The position numbers were made by a program, and so were the translations under genes. Below, piece after piece: positions 19,942 through 29,839 of a stretch of 64,000 nt of DNA. The DNA is taken from the NCBI GenBank assembly GCA_902612605.1, contig CACMDY010000003.1, positions 41,253 through 105,252 of the forward strand, read 5' to 3'. How positions within the stretch are numbered: position 1 is the first letter of the stretch; each line of letters opens with the position of its first letter. The DNA comes from an uncultured Pelagibacteraceae bacterium. GTDB taxonomy: Bacteria; Pseudomonadota; Alphaproteobacteria; Pelagibacterales; Pelagibacteraceae. Under the pieces are notes generated by a model that ran no database searches, was not told where the DNA came from, and saw nothing but the letters and a program-made list of their open reading frames with translations.

Positions 19942-21096
19942 ATGACAAATAGTAGTAATTTAATTGATAGCTTAGAAGTTTATGTTCTTAATAATCCAGA
20001 TGAAGTAAAGCCACATTGGGTTAGTCACTTCATTGTACCAACAGCAAATGAACTCTTGATTAAAATTAAATCTAAAGATGGTCATTCAGGCTTTGGTTTA
20101 GCAACAAGCTATACTGATATAACCCCTATTATCAAACCATTTTCAAATGGCCTACAAGATTTAATAATTGGAGAAGATCCATTTTGTCCAGAAAAAATTT
20201 ATGAAAAAATTTTCAAATTAACTGATACTCGAACCAGTAGTGAAAAAAGTTGGAGCAGAGAAGCATTAATTAGAATTTCAGCAGCTTTAGATATTGCTTG
20301 TTGGGATTTGATAGGAAAAGCTTCAAATATCCCATTGTATAAATTGTTTGGAGGATACAGAAATAAAATTCCTGTTTATGTTACATGTGCTTATTACAGA
20401 GATGGAAAAGACGAAAAAGAATTAAGAGATGAAATCAAAAAATTAGTAAATATTGGTCATCAAAGTTTTAAAGTTAAAGTTGGAGGACTTAGTATCAAAG
20501 AAGACGCTAAGAGATTAGAAATTATCAGAGATGAAATTGGAGATCAAAAAGGTTTAATGATTGATGTTAATAGAGCATGGGATCTAAAAACAGCAATTGA
20601 GGGTGTAAAAGAATTTGAGAGATTTAATCCTACATGGATTGAAGAGCCTGTTAGATGGGAAGATGATAAAAGGACTTTAAAACTTTTATCAAAACAAACT
20701 AAAATTCCATTATCGGGTGGTGAAAGTGAAATAACTATTTTTGGATGTAGGTCCATGATTGAAGAATATGCAATACAAATATTGCAATTTGATTGTACAA
20801 TGTTTGGTGGTTTTACTAACGGAAAAAAACTTTCTGCACTGTGTGAGTTAAATCATATTGATGTAGCACCTCATCATGATTGTTACATTCATGCTCCATT
20901 AGTAGCATCTACTCCAGCTGGAAGAATAGTTGAGTCATTTGATGATGAGAGAGATCCTCTTCAAGCACAATTATTTGAAAATCCACATAAAATGAGTGAT
21001 GGATGGATACATTTAAATGAAAAACCTGGTTTAGGTTTAGAAATTTCAGAGGCCGCGTTAAAAAAGTTCGGTAAACTGGTTTACAAAAATAAATAA
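19942..21096 (+). CDS. Mandelate racemase/muconate-lactonising enzyme family (acid-sugar dehydratase-like)
   Basis: SAALDIACWDL.GK, KVK, metal ligands D-x-N / EEP / GES, and HH in the C-terminal barrel. Confidence 0.85.
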   Translation: MTNSSNLIDSLEVYVLNNPDEVKPHWVSHFIVPTANELLIKIKSKDGHSGFGLATSYTDITPIIKPFSNGLQDLIIGEDPFCPEKIYEKIFKLTDTRTSSEKSWSREALIRISAALDIACWDLIGKASNIPLYKLFGGYRNKIPVYVTCAYYRDGKDEKELRDEIKKLVNIGHQSFKVKVGGLSIKEDAKRLEIIRDEIGDQKGLMIDVNRAWDLKTAIEGVKEFERFNPTWIEEPVRWEDDKRTLKLLSKQTKIPLSGGESEITIFGCRSMIEEYAIQILQFDCTMFGGFTNGKKLSALCELNHIDVAPHHDCYIHAPLVASTPAGRIVESFDDERDPLQAQLFENPHKMSDGWIHLNEKPGLGLEISEAALKKFGKLVYKNK

Positions 21097-21113
21097 ACCT
21101 TTAATTAAGTTTT

Positions 21114-24017
21114 ATGCGGTTTAATTCAGATCAGATACAAAAAATTGGTAAAGAAATAAGCAGTAAAGTTGATGGAAAAACTTTATTCGATGAATTCTCA
21201 CGTGGAAGATACAGTACCGATGCTTCTGTATATCAAATTAAACCTCTTGGTGTAGTTCTTCCAAAAGATACCAATGATGTTTTAAGTTTAATGGAGTATT
21301 CACAAAAGAATTCCATACCTCTATTAGCTAGAGGTGGTGGAAGTTCTCAATGTGGCCAGACTGTTGGAGAAAGTGTTGTGCTGGATTACAGCAAACATCA
21401 AAATAAAATTTTAGAACTTAATGTTGAAGAAAAATATGTATGGGTTCAGCCAGGTGTCGTATTAGATCATCTAAATGCTTATTTGAAACCTCATGGTCTC
21501 TGGTTTCCAGTAGATGTTTCAACAAGCAGTAGAGCAACTATTGGAGGAATGTCAGCTAATAATTCCTGTGGATCTAGATCATTATATTATGGCAACATGG
21601 TTCATAACGTATTAGCAATTGAAGCAATATTAGATGATGGCTCTATATTTAATTTTGATCAAATAAATAAGAATTATTTAGCCACAAAGAACAATCAAGA
21701 TAGACTATATAAAATAATAGATAAATTTATCGATGTAAGACAACAGGTTGGAGGCGAAATTGATGCTAACTGGCCAACGACACAAAGAAGAGTTGGAGGA
21801 TATAACATTGATTTAATTGATCCAGAAGGATTTAATTCATCAAATCTTCTTGTTGGCTCTGAAGGAACATTGTCTTTATTTAATAAAATAAAATTAAAAT
21901 TATCAGAAATACCAAAGAGTAAAATTTTAGGTGTCTGCTACTTTGACAATTTCCATCAAGCAATGGAATTGTCTAAAGAGATTGTGAAATTAAAACCAAC
22001 TTGTGTTGAGTTGATGGACCAAAATTTATTAAATTTGGCAAAAGAAATCCCAATGTATGCTGGAGGTATAAAAAAATACATCAAAGGAAATCCTGAAGCT
22101 GTTTTGATGGTAGAATTTATTGATACCGAGAAAAGTGTATATGAAAAGAAAATAAAGGATCTAGAATATTTAGTTTTAAATCAAAACAAAAAAAATCAGT
22201 TTTCATATTACTCAGATTTATCAGAGCAGAAAGAAGTTTTTGAAATAAGAAAAGCTGGATTAAATATTTTGATGTCTATGAAAGGTGATAGAAAACCAGT
22301 TGCCTTCATTGAAGATTGTGCAGTTTCTCTAGAACACTTAGCTGAGTACACAGCAAGATTAAAAGAAATATTTAAAAAATATGGAACAAGTGGAATGTTT
22401 TATGCTCATGCATCTGTTGGAACACTTCACGTAAGACCAGTTTTAAATATGAAATCGGACAAAGATATACAAAACATGAGATCTATATCTGAAGAAGCTT
22501 TTGAAATGGTTAAAGATTATAAAGGTTCTCATTCTGGTGAACATGGAGATGGAATTGTTAGATCAGAATTCCATGAAATGATGTTTGGTAAAAAAATCAC
22601 AAATGCATTTGAAGAAATAAAAGATACATTCGATAGTAAAAACCTTTTAAATCCTGGAAAAATTGTTCGGCCATTTAAATCAAATGATAGATCTCTAATG
22701 AGATATAAATCAGGTTATCAAACTGAAAATATAGATACACATTATGATTGGTCTAATTGGGGTCAATTCTCTGATGCTGTTGAGATGTGTAATAACAATG
22801 GAGCTTGTAGAAAGTTAGATTCTGGTGTGATGTGTCCTTCTTACAGAGTAACTAAAGAGGAAAAAGATTTAGTTCGAGGTAGAGCAAATACTTTAAGATT
22901 AGCTTTATCTAACCAGCTCCCAGAAGGTTCATTTGCATCAAAAGAAATGTATGAAACTATGGAACTATGTGTCAGCTGTAAAGCTTGTCAAAGAGAATGT
23001 CCTATGTCGGTTGATATGGCTAAGATGAAATCTGAGTTTCTTTCTCATTACTATAAAAAATTTAGTATGCGTATTAAAGATAGAGTTATCTCAGATATGC
23101 CAAGACTTATTTGGTTATTAAAGATTGTTGCTCCAATATTCAACAAGGTTAAAAACCTACCTCTAATCTCAACAATTGTTGAAAAGTTTGGTTTTGCAAC
23201 AGCAAGGTCTATGCCTGAAGTTCAAAACCAGAACGCATTACGAGAGATTTACGAAAGTCAGACATTATCAGAGAATAAAGTAATTTTATTTGCAGATACA
23301 TTTAATATTAATTTTGAAAATGAAAATTTAGTTTATGCAATTAAAGTACTAAATAAATTTGGTTATCAAGCAATTATACCAAGTTTTGGAAAAGATAAAT
23401 TAAAGAGACCCCTTTGTTGTGGAAGAACTTATATCTCTTACGGTCAATTAGACAAAGCCTCGGAAGAGCTAAATAGGTTTAATGATTATGTTATACAAAA
23501 TAATTACATTGATTTACCAGTTGTAGGTATCGAACCATCCTGTTTACTAACATTTAACGATGAGTATCAGACTTTAAAAAATGTAAATAATAGAGAACAA
23601 ATTAAAAATAAATTTTATCTACTTGAGGAATTTATTTTAGAACAAATAAGAAATAACAATAATATTAAAGCTAATAAGTTTGATCAAAATGTATTAATTC
23701 ATGGGCACTGTCATCAAAAATCACAAGATAGAATGAAGGGGCTAACTAATCTTTTATCAGAATTAAATATTAATAATAAAATGATAGAGTCTAGTTGTTG
23801 TGGAATGGCTGGTTCATTTGGGTATGACAGTAAGACTTATGAAGTCTCCAAAAAAATGGCTAATCTTTCTTTAATACCTGCGATCAATAATAGTGATGAA
23901 AAAGATTTTATAGTTGCAAATGGTACAAGCTGCAGACATCAAATATCTGATTTATCTGAGAAAAAAGGTAAGCATGTCTCAGAATTATTATTTAAAATTT
24001 TTGAAACAGTTAATTAA
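21114..24017 (+). CDS. FAD-binding plus Fe-S-domain oxidoreductase (D-2-hydroxyacid dehydrogenase, GlcD-GlcF/YdiJ-type fusion)
   Basis: ARGGGSS, GSEGTL, HASVG.LH.RP, SGEHGDG, LNPGK, two CxxCxxCxxxCP-type ferredoxin motifs and CCG domains. Confidence 0.88.
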   Translation: MRFNSDQIQKIGKEISSKVDGKTLFDEFSRGRYSTDASVYQIKPLGVVLPKDTNDVLSLMEYSQKNSIPLLARGGGSSQCGQTVGESVVLDYSKHQNKILELNVEEKYVWVQPGVVLDHLNAYLKPHGLWFPVDVSTSSRATIGGMSANNSCGSRSLYYGNMVHNVLAIEAILDDGSIFNFDQINKNYLATKNNQDRLYKIIDKFIDVRQQVGGEIDANWPTTQRRVGGYNIDLIDPEGFNSSNLLVGSEGTLSLFNKIKLKLSEIPKSKILGVCYFDNFHQAMELSKEIVKLKPTCVELMDQNLLNLAKEIPMYAGGIKKYIKGNPEAVLMVEFIDTEKSVYEKKIKDLEYLVLNQNKKNQFSYYSDLSEQKEVFEIRKAGLNILMSMKGDRKPVAFIEDCAVSLEHLAEYTARLKEIFKKYGTSGMFYAHASVGTLHVRPVLNMKSDKDIQNMRSISEEAFEMVKDYKGSHSGEHGDGIVRSEFHEMMFGKKITNAFEEIKDTFDSKNLLNPGKIVRPFKSNDRSLMRYKSGYQTENIDTHYDWSNWGQFSDAVEMCNNNGACRKLDSGVMCPSYRVTKEEKDLVRGRANTLRLALSNQLPEGSFASKEMYETMELCVSCKACQRECPMSVDMAKMKSEFLSHYYKKFSMRIKDRVISDMPRLIWLLKIVAPIFNKVKNLPLISTIVEKFGFATARSMPEVQNQNALREIYESQTLSENKVILFADTFNINFENENLVYAIKVLNKFGYQAIIPSFGKDKLKRPLCCGRTYISYGQLDKASEELNRFNDYVIQNNYIDLPVVGIEPSCLLTFNDEYQTLKNVNNREQIKNKFYLLEEFILEQIRNNNNIKANKFDQNVLIHGHCHQKSQDRMKGLTNLLSELNINNKMIESSCCGMAGSFGYDSKTYEVSKKMANLSLIPAINNSDEKDFIVANGTSCRHQISDLSEKKGKHVSELLFKIFETVN

Positions 24018-24799
24018 ACTAAACTAGGAATAATTTTTCTTAAATCCATAGAAAGTTTAGGATTAATTTTTGAATAAATTACGCCCTTGCCTAATTTTTT
24101 TAATGCCAAAACTTTCCCATCTGGAGAAATAATCGTTGTATGACCAAACGTTTCTCTTTTAGGTGTGTTTTTTCCAGTTTGAGCTGGTGCAAAAATATAA
24201 CAAAAATTTTCAATCGCTCTTGCTCTTAAAAGTGGTAACCAATGTTTTTGTCCCGTAAACTTTGTAAAAGCTGATGGAACGGCTATAAAACTTAAATTTT
24301 TTTTTGATAAATTCCTATAAAGTTCAGGAAATCTTAAATCAAAACAGATTGTAAAACCTATTTTGCCCCAAGGTAAGTTGGCAGTGACTAATTTATTTCC
24401 TGCTTTAAAAGTTTTACTTTCTTTATGTTGTTCTTTATTTGGAATTTTAACATCAAACATATTAATTTTATCATAATATTTGATAATTTTTCCATTTGGT
24501 CCAACCAGTATAGATCTATTTCTGAGTTTGTTTTTAACCTTAACACAAATTGATCCGAGTAAAATCCATTTCTTATATTTTTTTGAAACTTCCCTAATTT
24601 TCTTCAAAATTGGATCTTTATTCATTTCATATGAATATTTAAAAAGTGTTTCTCTACTACTAGACATCAAAGAAGAGGTTTCAGGTGTAATAATTAAATC
24701 AGATTTATTTTTTATAGCTTCATTTACATATTTAACAATATCTTTGAAATTATTTTGATAATTTTCTCCACTAGATAATTGTATGCAAGCTATTTTCAT
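24014..24799 (-). CDS. Carbon-nitrogen hydrolase (Nit1/deaminated-glutathione-amidase-like)
   Basis: Catalytic triad motifs PE, YDKINMFD and ICFDLRFPE; also PSAFT and ARAIEN. Confidence 0.88.
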   Translation of the reverse strand: MKIACIQLSSGENYQNNFKDIVKYVNEAIKNKSDLIITPETSSLMSSSRETLFKYSYEMNKDPILKKIREVSKKYKKWILLGSICVKVKNKLRNRSILVGPNGKIIKYYDKINMFDVKIPNKEQHKESKTFKAGNKLVTANLPWGKIGFTICFDLRFPELYRNLSKKNLSFIAVPSAFTKFTGQKHWLPLLRARAIENFCYIFAPAQTGKNTPKRETFGHTTIISPDGKVLALKKLGKGVIYSKINPKLSMDLRKIIPSLV

Positions 24800-25473
24800 G
24801 TTTGAAATCCATATTTTTTTTCTAAATATTTAATAACATTATGAATTATAAAAGTCATAAACAAGTAAATACCTCCTGCCACAATAAATACCTCTACTGG
24901 CTTAAACGTTGTTGAAATTATATATTTAGCAACACCAGTTAAGTCCATAAGTGTGACTGTACTTGCTAGAGATGTTCCTTTAAGCATTAAAATAATTTCA
25001 TTTCCATAAGCTGGTAAAGATTGTTTTATTGCAATAGGAATCTGTATTTTTGTAAAAATAATTTTTGAAGGTATACCTAGGCTTCTTCCAGCTTCTAAAT
25101 ATCCAGGTTTTATTGTTTGAAAAGCTGATCTTAATATTTCTGAAGTATAAGCCCCAGTATTTAATGAAAATGCAATTATCGCGCACCAATATGGTTCTTT
25201 TAAAACTACCCACAAAAATGTTGTTCTTAAGTATTCAATTTGACCTAATCCAAAATATATTATGAAGATTTGAACTAATAAAGGTGTTCCTCTAAAAATA
25301 TATGAATACCCATAAGCAAATTTATTAATCAACTTATTATTATTCATCCTCAAGATTGCAAAACCTAACCCAATAAAAAGTCCAAGAATTAAAGATACAG
25401 ATAATAGTTTAAGAGTAATCAAAGTTGCGTTTAACAACTTAGGAAAACTATTAATCATTAATTCAATATCCAT
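24796..25473 (-). CDS. occM: Polar amino-acid ABC transporter permease (HisM/OccM)
   Basis: FRGTPLLVQIF, LNTGAYTSEILR, GNE.ILMLKGTSLAS motifs. Confidence 0.85.
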   Translation of the reverse strand: MDIELMINSFPKLLNATLITLKLLSVSLILGLFIGLGFAILRMNNNKLINKFAYGYSYIFRGTPLLVQIFIIYFGLGQIEYLRTTFLWVVLKEPYWCAIIAFSLNTGAYTSEILRSAFQTIKPGYLEAGRSLGIPSKIIFTKIQIPIAIKQSLPAYGNEIILMLKGTSLASTVTLMDLTGVAKYIISTTFKPVEVFIVAGGIYLFMTFIIHNVIKYLEKKYGFQT

Positions 25474-26165
25474 TAATAACCTTTGCTATATTTTGTTTCT
25501 AATCTGTTTAACAATTGCATACTTAAAAATGTTAGCATTAAGTATAAAACTGCTGCAAACGAGTAAAAAAATAATGGATCTCTAGTTGAGCCAGCCGCAA
25601 TATAGGATTGTCTCATTATTTCAACTAAACCCGTTACAGATATAAGAGAAGTATCTTTTAATGTAATTTGCCAAACATTACTTAAGTTTGGAATTGCTAG
25701 TCTTAGCATTTGAGGCAAAATTATTTTAAAGAAGTAAATATATTTATTAAAACCTAAAACTTTAGCAGCTTCGAACTGACCTTTATCAATTGATTGTAGG
25801 GCTCCTCTAAATACTTCAGTTGAGTAAGCTCCCGATATTATCCCTATTGAAAATGAACCAGTTAAAAAAGCATTAATTTCGATGTAATCATTATAACCAA
25901 ATATTGAAGCAACAAACATAATTGCTCCACTTCCACCAAAGAAAAATAAATAAATTACTAGTAGCTCAGGTACACCTCTAATAACAGTGGTGTAAGCATT
26001 ACCAATAGAATTAAGAAATTTGTTATTAGATAATTTTAATGGAGTAAATAAAGCAGCAAATATAAAGCCTATTATCATTGCGGTTATTGAAACCGCAATT
26101 GTCATTAAGGTTGCAAAGAATAATTCGTCTCCCCAACCTTTATCACCAAAATATAGAAGTTCCAT
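25473..26165 (-). CDS. occQ: Polar amino-acid ABC transporter permease (HisQ/OccQ)
   Basis: GWG N-terminal motif, IRGVPEL, GAYSTEVFRGA, GQFEAA and LKDTSLIS. Confidence 0.85.
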   Translation of the reverse strand: MELLYFGDKGWGDELFFATLMTIAVSITAMIIGFIFAALFTPLKLSNNKFLNSIGNAYTTVIRGVPELLVIYLFFFGGSGAIMFVASIFGYNDYIEINAFLTGSFSIGIISGAYSTEVFRGALQSIDKGQFEAAKVLGFNKYIYFFKIILPQMLRLAIPNLSNVWQITLKDTSLISVTGLVEIMRQSYIAAGSTRDPLFFYSFAAVLYLMLTFLSMQLLNRLETKYSKGY

Positions 26166-26171
26166 AATATA

Positions 26172-26191
26172 GGTGGCTAACTATAGCCACC
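26172..26191 (-). terminator. Hairpin between the amino-acid SBP and permease genes (weak terminator or stabiliser)
   Basis: Perfect 8-bp stem GGTGGCTA-ACTA-TAGCCACC, ending 6 nt before the permease ATG. The U tract is weak. Confidence 0.55.
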
Positions 26192-26204
26192 CATAAATAA
26201 TTTA

Positions 26205-27032
26205 TTACATAGAAGCGTCAAAACCAAAATGTTTTATAGCAAGCTTACTAATAATGCCATCATCTCTAGCTTTATCAATTGCTGCATTAAAATCATTTAA
26301 TAATTTCGAGTCACCTTTTCTAATACCAACTCCAACACCATTACCAAAATCTCCACCTGCAAATGTTGGTCCAGTTAATACAACTCCTTTACCAGATTTT
26401 TCTGCATAATCAGTAAAAGCAACAGCTGCAGCTAGTGCTGCATCTATTCTACCAGCAGATAAATCTAAGTTTACTTCATCTTGAGTTTTGTAAGTTCTAA
26501 TTTTTACATTACCCATTAAACCAGACTCTAAGAAGTTCTGGTGAATTGTTGCTGTTTGTACACCAATAGTTTTACCTTTAAAGGCTTTAGTCAAAACATC
26601 TAATGTTGCTTGTTCATCAGCACTGACGTCAGATAGATTTATAGCTGACATTGTTTTAAGACCTTCGTTTTTCGATCCTTTCATTACAGCTAGAGATGCA
26701 ACTTCATCAGCATAACCTTGAGAAAAGTTTATTGTTTTCATTCTTTCGCCAGTTATTGACATTCCAGCCATGATGGCATCAAATTTTCTTGAGACTAAAG
26801 CTGGTATCATTCCATCCCAGTCTTGCTCAACAATAGTACAATCATGATTCATTATTTTACATAATTCATTTGCTAATTCCACTTCAAAGCCAATCAAATT
26901 TCCTGCTGAGTCTTTAGAATTCCAAGGTGGATATGCACCTTCAGTTCCAATTTTAATTTGATCTGCAATTGAAGAAATTGTTAGGAATGATGATATTAAA
27001 ATACCAAGTCCTAATACTTTTAATTTTTTCAT
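26205..27032 (-). CDS. occT: Polar (basic) amino-acid ABC substrate-binding protein (HisJ/ArgT/OccT family)
   Basis: Signal peptide; IGTEGAYPPW, GFEVE, QDWDGMIPAL and AGMSITGER motifs. Confidence 0.88.
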   Translation of the reverse strand: MKKLKVLGLGILISSFLTISSIADQIKIGTEGAYPPWNSKDSAGNLIGFEVELANELCKIMNHDCTIVEQDWDGMIPALVSRKFDAIMAGMSITGERMKTINFSQGYADEVASLAVMKGSKNEGLKTMSAINLSDVSADEQATLDVLTKAFKGKTIGVQTATIHQNFLESGLMGNVKIRTYKTQDEVNLDLSAGRIDAALAAAVAFTDYAEKSGKGVVLTGPTFAGGDFGNGVGVGIRKGDSKLLNDFNAAIDKARDDGIISKLAIKHFGFDASM

Positions 27033-27090
27033 TTTTTTCCTCCAAAATTTTGAAGATTATTTCATAAAATTATTGTTTTAAAAAGAAAAA

Positions 27091-28131
27091 TTAATGATTT
27101 ATTGAAGAGGAAAAATTCCAAGAACAATCGAAACTTGGTATGTAAACTCTTGAAAGTTTTGTATTTCCAAAATTTTTGTTAAAAACATTTAACCAATTTT
27201 CAACTTGTTTTGGTTTTTTATCTTGGCTTCCAACTTGAGCAGTAATTACACCTTTAGGTTTTAAAATTCTTTCTAAAGATGACATATTTTTTGCAGCTAA
27301 ATCTATGCAAAATTGATCATCGTTAAGATCAACAAAAATTTGATCATAAGAATTATCTTTGACTGATTTAATGCTCTCAAATGCATCCCCCCAAACACAT
27401 TTAACTGAATTTTTTTCTGTCGCCTTTTCTCCTATTTTGCTTAAATGTTTATCACATACATCAACAACTTCAGGATCTAATTCATACCAATCTATAAATC
27501 CAAAATTTTGTGAAATACATTCTCTTGCTACACCACCGTCACCTCCACCGATAATTGCAGCTTTCTCTTTATTTGAATTCAAATTAAGACCAGAATTTAC
27601 AAAATTTGAGCTATATAAATGTTCATCACTCTCTGCAACTTGTATCTCATTATCAATAAATAAAGCTTTTCCAAACTGTTCTAAATCTAATATTTCAATA
27701 TATTGTCCTGCTTTGGATTTAAAATTTTCTAATACTTTATTTACAACATAAGATTTTTTTAATCCTGGTGAACTATAGTTATCATGATATAAATCAATCG
27801 TATCTCTGTTAAATTCCTTAATAATAATTTGTTTATGTTCTATTTCTTCTTTAATTACTTTAAGAGCAACTGATGGTGAAACTTTACCACAAGTAAAAAA
27901 ATCAAAGCTTATAATTTCATTTTCTGGGAAAGTGTGAAAGCTTATATGGCTTTCTGCTAACAGAGCTACCAATGTAAAACCTTGGGGCTCAAATTTATAT
28001 TTTGATATTTTTAAAACTGTTACTTTTGCTAATTTTGCAATTTTATAAACCAACTTTTCATAAAATGATGGATCATATTCTTTTTTAGTTCCAATGATAT
28101 CTAGAGTTATGTGTTCACCAACTTTTGTCAC
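27091..28131 (-). CDS. speDE: S-adenosylmethionine decarboxylase-spermidine synthase fusion (SpeD-SpeE)
   Basis: N-terminal pyruvoyl domain with FEPQG, LLAE|SHISFHTFPE and DFFTCG. C-terminal aminopropyltransferase domain with GGGDGG, YELDPEV, GDA and VDLND. Confidence 0.9.
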   Translation of the reverse strand: MTKVGEHITLDIIGTKKEYDPSFYEKLVYKIAKLAKVTVLKISKYKFEPQGFTLVALLAESHISFHTFPENEIISFDFFTCGKVSPSVALKVIKEEIEHKQIIIKEFNRDTIDLYHDNYSSPGLKKSYVVNKVLENFKSKAGQYIEILDLEQFGKALFIDNEIQVAESDEHLYSSNFVNSGLNLNSNKEKAAIIGGGDGGVARECISQNFGFIDWYELDPEVVDVCDKHLSKIGEKATEKNSVKCVWGDAFESIKSVKDNSYDQIFVDLNDDQFCIDLAAKNMSSLERILKPKGVITAQVGSQDKKPKQVENWLNVFNKNFGNTKLSRVYIPSFDCSWNFSSSINH

Positions 28132-28134
28132 CTA

Positions 28135-28779
28135 TTAACCTCTTTTATAATTTTTAGCTTTTTTTAAAACTTTATTCATTTCCTTTATAGAAAGAATTTT
28201 TGGCTTTCCAAGCTTAAGTGCGGTTATATACTGTAAACTCAAATTTTCAACTTCTTGCGCTAATTCAAAAGCATCAGGTAAATTTTTACCAAATGCAATC
28301 TGACCGTGATTTGCAATCAAACAGGCTTTTCTATTATTCAAAGCTTTTATTATATATTTTGAAAGCTCTCTTGTTCCATAAGTTGCGTATTTTGCACATT
28401 TAATATCGTTACCTCCTGCGAGTGCAACCATGTAATGAAAAGCTGGAATAGGTTTTTTGTGGACAGATAAGGCTGTTGCATTAGTTGAATGTGAGTGAAC
28501 TATTGCTTGAGCATCTTTCTTTTTAATGTAAATATCTTGATGAAATCTCCATTCTGATGAAGGTTTATATTTTTTTTCATATTTTCCATCTAGACTTACA
28601 AACACTATATCTTTAACTTTTAATGATGAATATTTTTTTCCTGATGGGGTAATTAAAAAACCATTTTTATATCTAACTGATATATTTCCAGATCTTAAAG
28701 CTGATAATTTTTTATCATTAAGCATTTTGGAAAACTTAATAACATCATTTTTCTTTTTGTTAGTTTTTGAATAGACCAT
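28135..28779 (-). CDS. Class II (Zn) aldolase, FucA-type; probable 5-(methylthio/deoxy)ribulose-1-phosphate aldolase (Ald2/DrdA-like)
   Basis: SGNIS, ITPSG, PSSEWRFH, HSHS, AFHYMVA, YATYGT and NHG motifs. Directly downstream of mtnA. Confidence 0.8.
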   Translation of the reverse strand: MVYSKTNKKKNDVIKFSKMLNDKKLSALRSGNISVRYKNGFLITPSGKKYSSLKVKDIVFVSLDGKYEKKYKPSSEWRFHQDIYIKKKDAQAIVHSHSTNATALSVHKKPIPAFHYMVALAGGNDIKCAKYATYGTRELSKYIIKALNNRKACLIANHGQIAFGKNLPDAFELAQEVENLSLQYITALKLGKPKILSIKEMNKVLKKAKNYKRG

Positions 28780-29839
28780 TTAAACCTTCGGTAGAGGCTT
28801 CGCATATACCTTTTTCTGTTACAAATGCTGTAACATACTTAGCTGGTGTTACATCAAAAGCTAAATTTAATGATTTGCTCTTTTCGGGATATATTAAAAC
28901 TTTATCGACTTTATTATCTTTGTTAATTCCATCCACATGAGAAAGTTCTTTTGGATCTCTTTCTTCTATTGGAATATCTTTAGAGTTTTTTAAATTCCAA
29001 TCTATAGTTGAACTTGGTAAAGCAACATAAAAAGGTACCTTATTATCATGAGCAGCAAGAGCTTTTAAATATGTGCCAATTTTATTGCACACATCTCCGT
29101 TAGATAATGTCCTATCTGTTCCAACAATACACATATCGACCTGTCCTCTTTGCATTAATATTCCACCTGTATTATCTGCTATAATTGTATTTGGAATTTC
29201 TTCTTCATTAAGTTCATATGATGTGAGGTTTGCTCCTTGATTTCTTGGCCTAGTTTCATCTACCCATACATGTATTGGTATTCCTTTTTTATGTGCATGA
29301 TAAATAGGAGAAGTTGCCGTTCCCCAATCTATTGTAGCTAACCAACCTGCATTGCAATGTGTGAGAATATTTACGGTATCTTTCTTTTTATTATATATAT
29401 CTTCAATAATATTTAATCCATTTTTACCAATACTTTCACAAAAGCCCTCATCTTCTTTACAAATTTCTTTAGCTTCATTGAGTGCAACATTAAATAAATC
29501 TCCAGGTTCAACAAATGATAGTTTATTGTTCATTCTATGCACTGCCCATTGAAGATTTATAGCCGTTGGCCTAGAAGCAACTAATTCTTCCGAACTTTTT
29601 TTTATAAAATCTAAACTGTTATTTTCTTTTATAGCTAAAACTAGTCCAAATGCAGCTGTACCTCCGATTAATGGAGCACCTCTCACCTCCATTGTTTTTA
29701 TGGCATTTATCGCGTCTTTAACTGAACTTAATTCTTTTATTATAAATTTATGTGGAAGCTTTGTTTGATCTATTATTTTTACAACTTGTTTTTCTTCATC
29801 AAACCAAATTGTTTTATATTCAACGCCATTAATTTTCAT
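28760..29839 (-). CDS. mtnA: S-methyl-5-thioribose-1-phosphate isomerase
   Basis: VRGAPLIG, SRPTAINL, LTHCNAG.LAT, ETRP..QGA.LT and GTDR...NGD..NKIGT motifs. Confidence 0.95.
   Translation of the reverse strand: MKINGVEYKTIWFDEEKQVVKIIDQTKLPHKFIIKELSSVKDAINAIKTMEVRGAPLIGGTAAFGLVLAIKENNSLDFIKKSSEELVASRPTAINLQWAVHRMNNKLSFVEPGDLFNVALNEAKEICKEDEGFCESIGKNGLNIIEDIYNKKKDTVNILTHCNAGWLATIDWGTATSPIYHAHKKGIPIHVWVDETRPRNQGANLTSYELNEEEIPNTIIADNTGGILMQRGQVDMCIVGTDRTLSNGDVCNKIGTYLKALAAHDNKVPFYVALPSSTIDWNLKNSKDIPIEERDPKELSHVDGINKDNKVDKVLIYPEKSKSLNLAFDVTPAKYVTAFVTEKGICEASTEGLNGLFKN

Noticed and set aside
28135-28779. MtnB methylthioribulose-1-phosphate dehydratase
   Set aside because: The motifs (PSSEWRFH, FHYMVA, YATYGT, NHG) are FucA/Ald2-type, and no downstream canonical salvage genes are in the window.
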